Shown piece by piece: positions 54,263 to 64,000 of a stretch of DNA of 64,000 bases; the stretch's first letter is position 1, and the number at the start of each line of letters is the position of its first letter. Below the pieces are notes generated by a model, which did no database searches, had not been told where the DNA came from, and saw only the letters and a program-made list of their open reading frames with translations. The position numbers were made by a program, and so were the translations under genes. This DNA is from Acidimicrobiia bacterium (lineage in GTDB: Bacteria; Actinomycetota; Acidimicrobiia; Acidimicrobiales; CAIXPF01). The DNA lies in assembly GCA_947476745.1 (NCBI GenBank), contig CANJRG010000001.1, forward strand, positions 457,616 to 521,615. Reading direction: 5' to 3'.

Positions 54263-55014
54263 GCGTACGCCTCGCGCAACGCCGCCGACAGCTGCCCGGC
54301 CAGCGCCGTGAACGCCGCGTCGAAGCGCAGTGCCGGGGGACGCGGATACTCGAATGGCACCTCTAAGGAGGCCACCAGCCGGCCGGGACGCGCCGACATG
54401 ACCAGGACCCGCGTCGACAGGTACACCGCCTCGTAGATCGAGTGGGTGATGAACAACGCGGCGAAGCGTTCCGACACGAACAACCGGGCCAGCTCCTCGT
54501 TGAGGTGCTCACGGGTGATCTCGTCGAGGGCCCCGAACGGCTCGTCGAAGAGGAACAGGCCCGGCCGCAGGGTCAGGGACCGGGCCAGCGACGCCCGCAT
54601 CCGCATCCCGCCCGACAGCTGGTGCGGATAACGATCGGCGAATCCGTCGAGACCGACGAGGTCGAGGACCTCGTCGGCGCGGCGGGCCCGCTCCGGCTTG
54701 GCCACGCCACACAACTCGGCGAACAGCTCCACGTTGCGCCGTACGGTGCGCCACGGCAGCAACGTCGGGTCCTGGAACACGTAGCCCAGGTTCTCGTCGG
54801 CAACGGTGATCGTGCCCGACGCCCCCTCCAAAAGCCCCGAGGCCAGTCGCAACACGGTCGACTTGCCGCAGCCGGACGGGCCGATGATCGTCACGAACTC
54901 GCCCCGGCGGACCTCGAAGGACACGTCGTCGAGCGCTCGTGTCCCGTCGGGGAAGGCCATCGAGACCCCGTCGAAACGCAACGCAACCGGGTCGGCGTGC
55001 GCGGCAGGGGCCAT
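54259..55014 (-). CDS. ABC transporter ATP-binding protein (NitT/TauT family)
   Basis: Walker A GPSGCGKST, signature LSGGMRMR, Walker B LFLFDEPFGALD. Overlaps the permease gene by 4 nt. Confidence 0.9.
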   Translation of the reverse strand: MAPAAHADPVALRFDGVSMAFPDGTRALDDVSFEVRRGEFVTIIGPSGCGKSTVLRLASGLLEGASGTITVADENLGYVFQDPTLLPWRTVRRNVELFAELCGVAKPERARRADEVLDLVGLDGFADRYPHQLSGGMRMRASLARSLTLRPGLFLFDEPFGALDEITREHLNEELARLFVSERFAALFITHSIYEAVYLSTRVLVMSARPGRLVASLEVPFEYPRPPALRFDAAFTALAGQLSAALREAYA

Positions 55015-55064
55015 GGCCCCAGTGTGCCAGTTCCGGCGCGGTCCAGAGCTGTCCGGTGGTCGAG

Positions 55065-55106
55065 CCGGCCCGACCCTGGCGTTGCCCGGCCCGACCCTGG
55101 CGTTGC
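55065..55106. repeat. 21-bp perfect direct repeat x2 (ccggcccgaccctggcgttgc)
   Basis: Read directly, in the spacer between the groEL stop and the ABC operon start. Confidence 0.9.
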
Positions 55107-55133
55107 CCCGGACGGCCCGGGCCCGAACGCGCC

Positions 55134-55157
55134 GAAGGCGCCCCGAAGGGCGCCCTC
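55134..55157 (-). terminator. candidate groEL terminator hairpin
   Basis: ggcgccc-cgaa-gggcgcc stem-loop about 40 nt downstream of the groEL stop. The stem is short and there is no U-tract. Confidence 0.3.
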
Positions 55158-55197
55158 GAACCTGGTGTCTGCTGACGGAGCCGGCGAACCGGTCGGG

Positions 55198-56935
<1,738 letters not shown>

Positions 56936-57067
56936 GTAGAGCACCGCCGGGCCCCCTTCCGCAACCCGGAACAGCGGATGTAGGCGGACCGGGGTGGGCC
57001 GACCGGGCCGGTCGGCCCGTCGGCCTCGGTCGAAACGATCCGACCGGCTGACGAGTCGGGCCGTTCG

Positions 57068-58684
57068 TCACCCGCTGAGGTAGCCCGCGCAGGCCTCCAT
57101 GCCGTTGACGAAGCCGTCCTGGAACGCGCCGATCCGCTGGAAACCGCTGCTGCGTTCCGCGTCGCCGGACCCGACCATCGACGGCGGGTCACCGATGGCG
57201 AGCAGCGCCATGATCGCCTCGTCGAGGTCGCCCGGCGACAACAGCAGCTGCTGCGAGCTGCTGCGGTCCTCGCGGAACAGGCTGGCGGCCCAGGTACCGG
57301 TCAGACAGCCGGCCTGCAGGCCGAGCGCCAGCGGGTCGCCGCTGAGCCCGAGACGGGCCTGCACCGCGGCCGAGTACTGGGCCCCGATCACCGTCGACAC
57401 CGCGAAGTCCCCGCCCTCCTCGTAGATGACCGACGTCAGGTTGACCTCGTCCCAGGCCACGAAGTCGTCGGCCTCGCAGTAGAACGCCGCCGCGACGTAC
57501 TCGTCGGGCTCGGCGGTGAGCCCGCCACAGGCCGGCACCTCGTCGTCGGGGTCGAAGGCGACCGCGTCAGACAGCGGCTGCCAGCGCAGCTTCGCCGCAG
57601 CGAACACCGCCGACCAGTAGTCGTCGAGGTCGTCCATGGTGACCGATTCGATCTCCTCGAAGGGGCGGTTGCCGCCGCTGCCCGCATCGGCCTCGTCGAG
57701 GAACGGCAGGGCCACCAGGCGTGAGGCGACCAGGTCGTCGTCATAGTCCGCGCACTGCCCGACCCCGTTGTCGAAGCCGTCCCCGAGGGCCGCTACCCGG
57801 TCGAAGGCGGTGCCGTGGGCATCGGGATCGTCGGCGGTCACCCCGGGGGTGTCCCGCAGCAGCAGCAGGCCGCCGACCGCCAGATCGAGCTCGTCGGCCC
57901 CACCGGCGAAGACCGCGGAACGCCCCTCGGCCACCGAACGCACCCAGGCTCCGGCGAAGCAGTCCGCCTGCTGCTCGAGCGTGACCGCGCGCCCGTGCAC
58001 CCCGGCGCGGGTCTGGATGGCGTGACCCATCTCGTGGGCCATGACCATGCCTAAGGTCAGGTCGCCGAACTCGCGCCGTAGCGGCCGCAGCAAGTTCTTG
58101 CTGTCCCCGGCGATGAAGTCACCTTCAGGGCAGTAGAAGGCGTTCTCCGCGATGTCGTCGTAGGAATCGATTCCCGGACAGGGGGGCAGCGCGGTACGAG
58201 GTCCGTAAGGATAGAAGCCGCCCTCGACCGGCACGTAGTCGCCGCCGTAGACCCGGGAGAAGCTGTCGGCCCAGAAGGCCTCGATCTCCCCCAACGCGTC
58301 TTCGACGAGCTGGTCCTCCGATCGGCTGCTGACCGTTCGCCCCGGTCGCGAACGGCCGGAACCCCCCGCGCCGGAGCTGGTCGCCGTGGCATCACCACCG
58401 GACGCGCCCACCAGCAACAGCCCTGCCCCGGCCACCAGTAGGGCGAGGACGAGGACGACGGCCACGACGACGGTCGCCATGGAACGCGTCCGCCGCGGCT
58501 CGTGCGGCGCGAGCTCGGGCCACCCCGGTGGCAGCTGCGGGCCGTACCCATCCGGTGACCCACCCGGATACGGGCCGGGCACTGGTGGGTCCGGCATGTC
58601 TGCATCGGCGTCACCCGGACCTCCACCGATCGGGCCGGGGCCCGGCGTTTCGCTCATCTCGCCCCTTCGGGTGCCTGCGGCCAC
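57068..58684 (-). CDS. membrane-anchored neutral zinc metallopeptidase (YpfJ/Zn_peptidase-like) with degenerate second copy
   Basis: Pro-rich N-terminus and TM helix VVVAVVLVLALLVAGAGLLLV. HExxH in VMAHEMGHAIQ followed by QADCFAGAWV. The second half repeats the fold (FYCEADDFVAW...QAGCLTGTWA) without HExxH. Start is GTG 58684 or ATG 58657. Confidence 0.75.
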   Translation of the reverse strand: MAAGTRRGEMSETPGPGPIGGGPGDADADMPDPPVPGPYPGGSPDGYGPQLPPGWPELAPHEPRRTRSMATVVVAVVLVLALLVAGAGLLLVGASGGDATATSSGAGGSGRSRPGRTVSSRSEDQLVEDALGEIEAFWADSFSRVYGGDYVPVEGGFYPYGPRTALPPCPGIDSYDDIAENAFYCPEGDFIAGDSKNLLRPLRREFGDLTLGMVMAHEMGHAIQTRAGVHGRAVTLEQQADCFAGAWVRSVAEGRSAVFAGGADELDLAVGGLLLLRDTPGVTADDPDAHGTAFDRVAALGDGFDNGVGQCADYDDDLVASRLVALPFLDEADAGSGGNRPFEEIESVTMDDLDDYWSAVFAAAKLRWQPLSDAVAFDPDDEVPACGGLTAEPDEYVAAAFYCEADDFVAWDEVNLTSVIYEEGGDFAVSTVIGAQYSAAVQARLGLSGDPLALGLQAGCLTGTWAASLFREDRSSSQQLLLSPGDLDEAIMALLAIGDPPSMVGSGDAERSSGFQRIGAFQDGFVNGMEACAGYLSG

Positions 58685-58831
58685 GGAGGCCCCGGGACAG
58701 CATTCGGGTCCGACGATGCTACCGCCGCCCCTCGGGCCCGCTTCCTCGCCCGGATGCAGCGAAGGACCGACCCGCCGACGCGGAGCGGTCCTTCGGGCAA
58801 TCGTCCGGCCTTCGGTGGGGCCGCAGGGAGA

Positions 58832-59620
58832 TCAGCCGCTGAACGGGGCGAAGTTCGGCGGGCGCTTCTCGAGGAAGCTCGAGACGCCCTCCTTGAAGTC
58901 GCCCCGCTTGAGCGACGCCCGCATCTCGCTGTCGGAGAGGGAGTTGTTGGTGGCCATGTCGTTCTGCACGCCGTGCCACACCTGCTTCTTGATGACCGCC
59001 ATGGACGTCGGCGACACGTTCGCCGCCAGGTCGAGCGCGTAGGCCCGGGCCTCGGCCATGAGCTGATCGGCCGGATACACCCGGTTGACCAGGCCCATCT
59101 CCAGGGCCTCCTCGGACAGGATCACCCGGGCCGACATCAGCAGGTCGAGCGCACGTGACGGGCCCACCAGCTTCGGCAGGACCCAGCCGATGCCGTGCTC
59201 CGCGATGAGGCCCCGGCGGGAGAAGGCCGTGGTGAACTTGGTCCCGGCAGCGGCGAAGCGCACGTCCGCCATGACCGCCTGCACCATGCCGAGACCGGCG
59301 CACGAGCCGTTGACCACGGCGATCACCGGCTTGGGGATGGACAGGGTGTAGGTCTGGTGCTCGTCGCGGCGACGGCCCTCGCCGGTGATCCCCCCCGCGG
59401 CGCCGATTCCTTGCAGCACATCCATGTCGGCGCCGGAGCAGAAGCCCCGCCCGGCACCGGTCACGATGATGACCTTGACCGCGTCGTCGGCCGCAGCCTG
59501 GTCGAGGTAGGTCCAGTAGAGGTGGCCGATATCGCCGTTCCAGGCGTTGAGCCGCTCCGGGCGGTTCAACGTGATGGTGGCGATTCCTTCGGCGACCTCG
59601 TAGAGCACAGCATCAGACAT
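58832..59620 (-). CDS. enoyl-CoA hydratase/isomerase family protein
   Basis: ITLNRPERLNAW, TGAGRGFCSGADM, and FKEGVSSFLEKRPPNF. Confidence 0.9.
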   Translation of the reverse strand: MSDAVLYEVAEGIATITLNRPERLNAWNGDIGHLYWTYLDQAAADDAVKVIIVTGAGRGFCSGADMDVLQGIGAAGGITGEGRRRDEHQTYTLSIPKPVIAVVNGSCAGLGMVQAVMADVRFAAAGTKFTTAFSRRGLIAEHGIGWVLPKLVGPSRALDLLMSARVILSEEALEMGLVNRVYPADQLMAEARAYALDLAANVSPTSMAVIKKQVWHGVQNDMATNNSLSDSEMRASLKRGDFKEGVSSFLEKRPPNFAPFSG

Positions 59621-59721
59621 AGGACTTCCCCCTGGGAGACCGGCCCGGCACCCCCGAGCGAAGCGGCCTCACCCTAGCCCGTCGGGCCGCTTCGCCGACC
59701 GGCCCGCAGCCCGCCCGTCGG

Positions 59722-60009
59722 TCACTGCAGGGCGGAGCCACCCGCCGTGGCCAGGGCGTTGGCGACGCGGCGATAGCGGTCGGCCCGGTCCTCGTCCTCG
59801 AGGGACTCGGCGGCCTGCGCCGCCAGCAGCAGGGCGTCCTGGTTGTCCGGCTCCTGCAACAACAGCCACTGGGCATGCCCGAGCGCACGGTCGCTCAACC
59901 CGCCCGACAGCAGCAGGGCAATGAGATGTAGATGGAGCTTGCGGTTCTCCGGCGCGGCCTCGACGGCCTCTTCCAACCCCGCCAACAGTTCTGGATCGAG
60001 CAAGGTCAC
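59722..60009 (-). CDS. small TPR-like helical protein (possibly an orphaned N-terminal module)
   Basis: LHLHLIALLLSGGLSDRALGHAQWLLLQEPDNQDALLLAAQA resembles the TPR-like N-termini I recall preceding AAA ATPases in actinobacteria. No ATPase domain follows. Confidence 0.4.
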   Translation of the reverse strand: MTLLDPELLAGLEEAVEAAPENRKLHLHLIALLLSGGLSDRALGHAQWLLLQEPDNQDALLLAAQAAESLEDEDRADRYRRVANALATAGGSALQ

Positions 60010-60252
60010 CTCCTTGGTGCGGCGTCATTCTTCGTACAACGGTGCGAGCTGGTCAGTGGGGTCTTGGCCCCATGACGTTCGGGCCGTCCGACCAGGACAG
60101 TTCCGCGCGACGCCCCGCAGGACACGCCACGGGGTGCGCCGCCTCACGGCCCGCAGCCGAGCCGGGACGAAGAGCGCTGCCGGCTCCCCCGACACCACTC
60201 GAGGGAGCCGGGTTCGCGCGCTGCGTCGGCACAATCGGACCGGCTCGGCGCT

Positions 60253-60284
60253 CTCGTGGCGAATCGACGTCGATTCGCCACGAG
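60253..60284. promoter_or_regulatory. perfect 32-bp palindrome ctcgtggcgaatcgac/gtcgattcgccacgag
   Basis: The reverse complement is identical to the forward sequence (checked base by base). It lies in the 383-bp divergent spacer, 109-140 nt upstream of the GGDEF gene start. A 9-bp-stem hairpin ccggctccc/gggagccgg lies at 60180-60220. Confidence 0.85.
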
Positions 60285-60392
60285 CGGTACGACGGCGCGG
60301 GACATTCGTCCCGATCAACACCCCGGCCGGCCGAATCGCCATTATCTGCGCTCGTACCACCACTTTTGGTGAGCTGTTCGTAGGCTGGACCC

Positions 60393-61559
60393 GTGGACAG
60401 CTGGCGCTTCTCGCATCATCGACGACTCATCGCCCTGAGCACCCTGCTCGTCGCCGTCCTCGTCGCCGCCGTGATCATCACGGTGCACACCATGCGCCAA
60501 CGCCAGGAGCTCTCGGCGAACTACTCGTCGGCCCTGGGGCTGGCCGCCAACAGCTCCACCTTGCGCGTCGCGGCCAGCGAGCTGTTCACCTGGCAGATCG
60601 CCGGCACCCTCGGCATGCTCGAGGGCCGACCCGACGCCACCGACGCCGCCGACCCTGCCCGTCAGCAGTACGGGGATGCCATCCGCGGCATCGATGCCGT
60701 GCTCGGCCGGCTGGCCACCGGGCCCCTCGACACTGCCGAACGGGCCCAGCTCGACCAGGCACGGGCCGCCCTGGCGGACCTACGTCGCCTCGACCAGGCC
60801 ATCCGCACCGACTACGCCAGCGGCGACGAGGCCCGTATGCGCGCAGCGGCTCGCACCGCCACCACCACCGGCATCGACCAGTTCCAGGTCGTGTCCGAGT
60901 CGCTGTCACAGCTGGCCCTGCGCCTCGACGAGCGGGCCAGCCGGCTGGGCGACGAGAACGAGCAGGTCGGCAGGCAGGTCCAGCTGCTCGTGGTCAGCCT
61001 CGCCGGCATCATGATCATCGCCCTCATCGGCCTGCTCACGTGGGCCTGGCAGGACGGCCGACGCAACCAGCAGGTCATCAGCCAACTGTCCGACGAGGCA
61101 GCCCTCGACCCCCTCACGGCGATCGCCAACCGCCGGCGCTGGGACTCCCGGCTGGGCGACGCCCTGCGACGCGGACGGGCCGACGGCACCCCGTTCACCG
61201 TGGTCCTCATCGACCTCGACCACTTCAAGCGGTTCAACGACACCTACGGCCATCCGGCCGGCGACCGCCAGCTGCAAGCCATGGCCCGGCTGTGCGAGGA
61301 CGTGGTGCGCCGCGGCGACCTCGTCGCCCGTCTCGGCGGCGAGGAGTTCGGCCTGCTGCTGACCGCATCGGTGGCCCTCGACGCCGCCCGGGTGGTCGAA
61401 CGCATGGGACCGGTGGTGCCGGGAGGCGAGACGTTCTCCGCCGGCATCGCCGAGTGGGACGGCAGCGAGACCGCCACCGAGCTCGTGGCCCGAGCCGACG
61501 AGGCGTTGTACGCCGCCAAGACTGCTGGCCGCGACTGCCTGCAGCTCGCCGCACGCTGA
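60393..61559 (+). CDS. diguanylate cyclase (GGDEF) with N-terminal TM-bounded sensor region
   Basis: Two TM helices flank a helical about 170-aa region. DPLTAIANRR, active site GGEEF, and I-site RRGD five residues upstream. GTG start. Confidence 0.9.
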   Translation: MDSWRFSHHRRLIALSTLLVAVLVAAVIITVHTMRQRQELSANYSSALGLAANSSTLRVAASELFTWQIAGTLGMLEGRPDATDAADPARQQYGDAIRGIDAVLGRLATGPLDTAERAQLDQARAALADLRRLDQAIRTDYASGDEARMRAAARTATTTGIDQFQVVSESLSQLALRLDERASRLGDENEQVGRQVQLLVVSLAGIMIIALIGLLTWAWQDGRRNQQVISQLSDEAALDPLTAIANRRRWDSRLGDALRRGRADGTPFTVVLIDLDHFKRFNDTYGHPAGDRQLQAMARLCEDVVRRGDLVARLGGEEFGLLLTASVALDAARVVERMGPVVPGGETFSAGIAEWDGSETATELVARADEALYAAKTAGRDCLQLAAR

Positions 61560-61597
61560 ACCGAACGCCGTCGCTCCCGACGCCTAGCCTCATCCCG

Positions 61598-62542
61598 GTG
61601 TTCACCAACCTGCCCGACCGCGACGACGACCGGGCGGTCCTGGTCCGTTTCTGCCTGCCGGCCGGAGCGGACGGTGACGCCGAACTGCTCGGCGCAGCCC
61701 TGTTCGCCCTCGGCGCCACCGGCATCGAGGAAACCCTCGCCGAGCCCGACAACAGCGACTGCGGCGACGCCAGCACCGTGCTGCTGGCCGGTTTCCCCAA
61801 CCGGTCGGCGGCACGAACCGCTATCGAGAACCTTCCAGCGAGCTGGCATGCCCTGGCCGTGATCGATCTGCCCGACGACACCTGGTTCGACGGCTGGCGG
61901 GCCTACGCCCGGCCCCAGCGCGCCGGGCGCCGATTGGTGGTGCGTCCCCCGTGGGTCCCGCTCGTCGTCGAGCCGCCGGTCACCGACGACGACCTGATCC
62001 TCGAGATCGATCCCGGCCGGGCCTTCGGCAGCGGTGCCCACCCCACCACCCGGCTGGTGCTGGCCGAACTCGAGCTGTTGGTCGGCCCCCGCAGCCGGGT
62101 CCTCGATCTCGGCTGCGGCAGTGGCGTGCTGGCCATCGCGGCGGCGCTACTCGGCGCCGCCGAGGTGCTGGCGGTCGACATCGACCCCGCGGCGCTGGGC
62201 GCCACCCGCGCCAACCAGGCCCGCAACGGCGTGGCCTTCCCGGTCCTCGACACCCTCGGACCGGACCCGGGAGGCGATCGCTACGACGTGGTCGCCGCCA
62301 ACATCGGGGCCAACACCCTCATCGGACTGGCACCGGTGCTCCTGCGATGGGGCCACACCCTCGTGCTGTCGGGGTTCTTCGCCGACCGGGCCGCCGAGGT
62401 GGCCGGGGCGTTCGCCCGGTCGGGCGCGACCACCGTACGGCTCGTCTCCGCCGAGGACGGCTGGAGCGCCCTCACGCTCGCGGCGCCAGCCGACCCGCAA
62501 CGACCGCCGGCGCGTTGGGTCGAACCCATCGGCAGCGAGTAG
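61598..62542 (+). CDS. prmA: ribosomal protein L11 methyltransferase
   Basis: IDPGRAFGSGAHPTTRL, DLGCGSGVLAIAA, AVDIDP, and ANI. GTG 61598 is in frame. Confidence 0.85.
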   Translation: MFTNLPDRDDDRAVLVRFCLPAGADGDAELLGAALFALGATGIEETLAEPDNSDCGDASTVLLAGFPNRSAARTAIENLPASWHALAVIDLPDDTWFDGWRAYARPQRAGRRLVVRPPWVPLVVEPPVTDDDLILEIDPGRAFGSGAHPTTRLVLAELELLVGPRSRVLDLGCGSGVLAIAAALLGAAEVLAVDIDPAALGATRANQARNGVAFPVLDTLGPDPGGDRYDVVAANIGANTLIGLAPVLLRWGHTLVLSGFFADRAAEVAGAFARSGATTVRLVSAEDGWSALTLAAPADPQRPPARWVEPIGSE

Positions 62543-62597
62543 CGTTTTTCTTTCGCTCCTAACCACGGACAGGGCGAGTTCAGAGAGAGGGTCATAG

Positions 62598-63788
62598 TTG
62601 GCAGAGATCGCCAAGTCCGCACTTGGTCAACACACGATCTGTGAGTTCTGGGGCGCCACGAACCTCGACTCACCGGAGATCACGGAACGGGCTTTCCGTG
62701 ACGCCGTCGAGGCCGGCAAGGCCACGCTCGTTCACCTCGTAGTCCACCAGTTCGCCCCGCAGGGAGTCTCTGCGGTGGCCGTCATCGCCGAGAGCCACCT
62801 CTCGATCCACACCTGGCCGGAACTCGGGTATGCCGCCATCGACTACTTCACGTGCGGCAACCACGTGGACGTCGATGCCATCTTCGACGTTCTGAGCAAA
62901 GCGTACGAACCGACCGACGTCGTGAGGCACCAGATGATGCGAGGAACCAGCCCCGAAGACTCGACCTTCGGTCGCTTCGAGGAACGTGAACCGGCGAGCA
63001 TGTACCACGCCACCTACCCGGTGGCCCGCGTGCTCGAGAACCGGCGCACCCAGTTCCAGGACCTGCTGCTCTTCGAGCACCCCACCGCCGGCAAGGTCCT
63101 GACGCTCGACGGCATCGTGCAGATGACCGATGTGGACACCTACGTGTACCACGAGGTGTTGACCCACCCTGCCCTGGTGGCTCACCCCAACCCGCGCACC
63201 GTGGCAGTGGTCGGCGGCGGCGACGCCTTCATCGTGGCCGAGGCCCTCAAGCACGACACCGTCGAAAAGGTGTACCTGCTCGAGCTCGACAGCGACGTCA
63301 TCGAGATCGCCCGCAAGCACTATCCCGTGGCTGCCGCAGCGCTCGCCGACCCCCGGGTCGAGGTGCGACCGGCCGACGCGTTCGCCACGATCGCCGAGTT
63401 CGACGACGAGCTCGACGCCATCCTGGTCGACCTCACCGACCCGATCGGGCAGGCTGCCCGGCTCTTCGAGGACCCGTTCTACGCCCTGTGCGAGAAGGCC
63501 CTTCGCGCCGAGGGCATCCTCATCGCCCAGACAGAGTCGGTGCACTTCCACCCCCAGACGGTGAAGCAGTGCTACGCCACGCTGGCCGCCCGCTTCGCCC
63601 GGACCGAGCTGCTGTGGGGATCCATCGCCACCTACCCGGGCGCCTTTTGGACCTTCGCCATGGCCACCAAGGGTCTCGACCCGACGGTGGCCCGGCGGAT
63701 GCCACAACTCGACACCCAGCTCTACAGCCCCGAGGCCCACAGCTGGTTCTTCGTGCCGCCGCCCGTGCGGGCCAAGCTGCTGGCCTGA
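62598..63788 (+). CDS. fusion protein: pyruvoyl-dependent S-adenosylmethionine decarboxylase (SpeH/SpeD class 1) plus spermidine synthase (SpeE)
   Basis: The first ~120 aa contain the self-processing site AESHLSIHTWPE and DYFTCG. The remainder has the SpeE pattern QDLLLFE...LTLDG..Q...DE..YHE, VGGGDAF, and VDLTDPIGQAARLFEDPFY. TTG start with gagagaggg RBS. Confidence 0.85.
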   Translation: MAEIAKSALGQHTICEFWGATNLDSPEITERAFRDAVEAGKATLVHLVVHQFAPQGVSAVAVIAESHLSIHTWPELGYAAIDYFTCGNHVDVDAIFDVLSKAYEPTDVVRHQMMRGTSPEDSTFGRFEEREPASMYHATYPVARVLENRRTQFQDLLLFEHPTAGKVLTLDGIVQMTDVDTYVYHEVLTHPALVAHPNPRTVAVVGGGDAFIVAEALKHDTVEKVYLLELDSDVIEIARKHYPVAAAALADPRVEVRPADAFATIAEFDDELDAILVDLTDPIGQAARLFEDPFYALCEKALRAEGILIAQTESVHFHPQTVKQCYATLAARFARTELLWGSIATYPGAFWTFAMATKGLDPTVARRMPQLDTQLYSPEAHSWFFVPPPVRAKLLA

Positions 63789-64000
63789 ACCGGCCACATC
63801 CGAGCGGTGGGTCGGTCCACGCGTCACACCGCCGAGTCGGCCGCCCTGCACGGGGCGGTCGACGCCGTTTACGAGCCCGCCCGACGCCGCCCGGCGACGT
63901 GGACGTTGGCGAAGGCGCCGCCCAGGGTGGACGGTTGCGGTCATGACCGGTTCCGACCTCGCCGAGCTGATGAACGACCCGGCAGCCTCCAGGGCCCACG

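Noticed and set aside
55015-55197. A TPP (thiamine) riboswitch upstream of the NMT1/THI5-like ABC operon.
   Set aside because: The conserved CUGAGA and ACCUGAUCUGGAUAAUGCCAGCG-like elements are not present on the minus strand of this spacer.
60025-60383. The 112/113-aa ORFs on both strands within the GGDEF leader as small protein genes.
   Set aside because: Both are Arg/Pro/Ser/Gly-rich, lack an RBS, and are mirror images across the palindrome region. The structured-RNA or operator interpretation is more parsimonious.
63943-64000. An ATG-initiated ORF running off the right edge (MTGSDLAELMNDPAASRAH...).
   Set aside because: Only 19 codons are visible. That is too short to assess coding potential or family, so it was not listed as a feature.

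Overview
High-GC (roughly 70% by eye) actinobacterial-type chromosomal segment, densely coding on both strands. I call about 60 protein genes. I found no rRNA, tRNA, CRISPR array, transposase, integrase or phage genes.

Housekeeping content:
- Coproporphyrin-type heme genes: hemE-hemY at 5.5-8.0 kb, with hemQ separately at about 50 kb.
- dtd, lnt and a sortase.
- glnB(P-II)-glnD.
- groEL preceded by a perfect CIRCE operator.
- prmA, fdhD and a larE-like gene.
- A UvrD-type helicase with an HRDC tail, and the 3' part of lhr.
- Several acyl-CoA metabolism genes: crotonases, a CoA-transferase, an acyl-CoA ligase, and a thiolase-like/DUF35 pair.

Most interesting observations:
1. A 771-aa membrane protein (31975-34290, minus strand) reads as a double-Cache sensor fused to a pentameric ligand-gated ion channel (GLIC/ELIC-like) module. 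It has an unusually long M1-M2 insertion and sits beside USP, DUF6325-like, SHOCT and Na+/H+ antiporter genes.
2. A LivJ-type solute-binding lipoprotein (48339-49664, minus strand) has its sequence segments in circularly permuted order.
3. The adjacent livHMGF transporter operon is decayed by in-frame deletions, a TGG-to-TGA nonsense change and a G8-tract frameshift.
4. An Lnt homolog has Ser at the position of the catalytic Cys.
5. AdoMet decarboxylase and spermidine synthase are fused in a single ORF (62598-63788).
6. A perfect 32-bp palindrome lies in the long leader of a GGDEF gene.
7. Several perfect tandem repeats occur, both coding and intergenic.

All functional calls come from motif and family recognition by eye. 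No searches were run. Many start codons are uncertain because of the GC-rich background.
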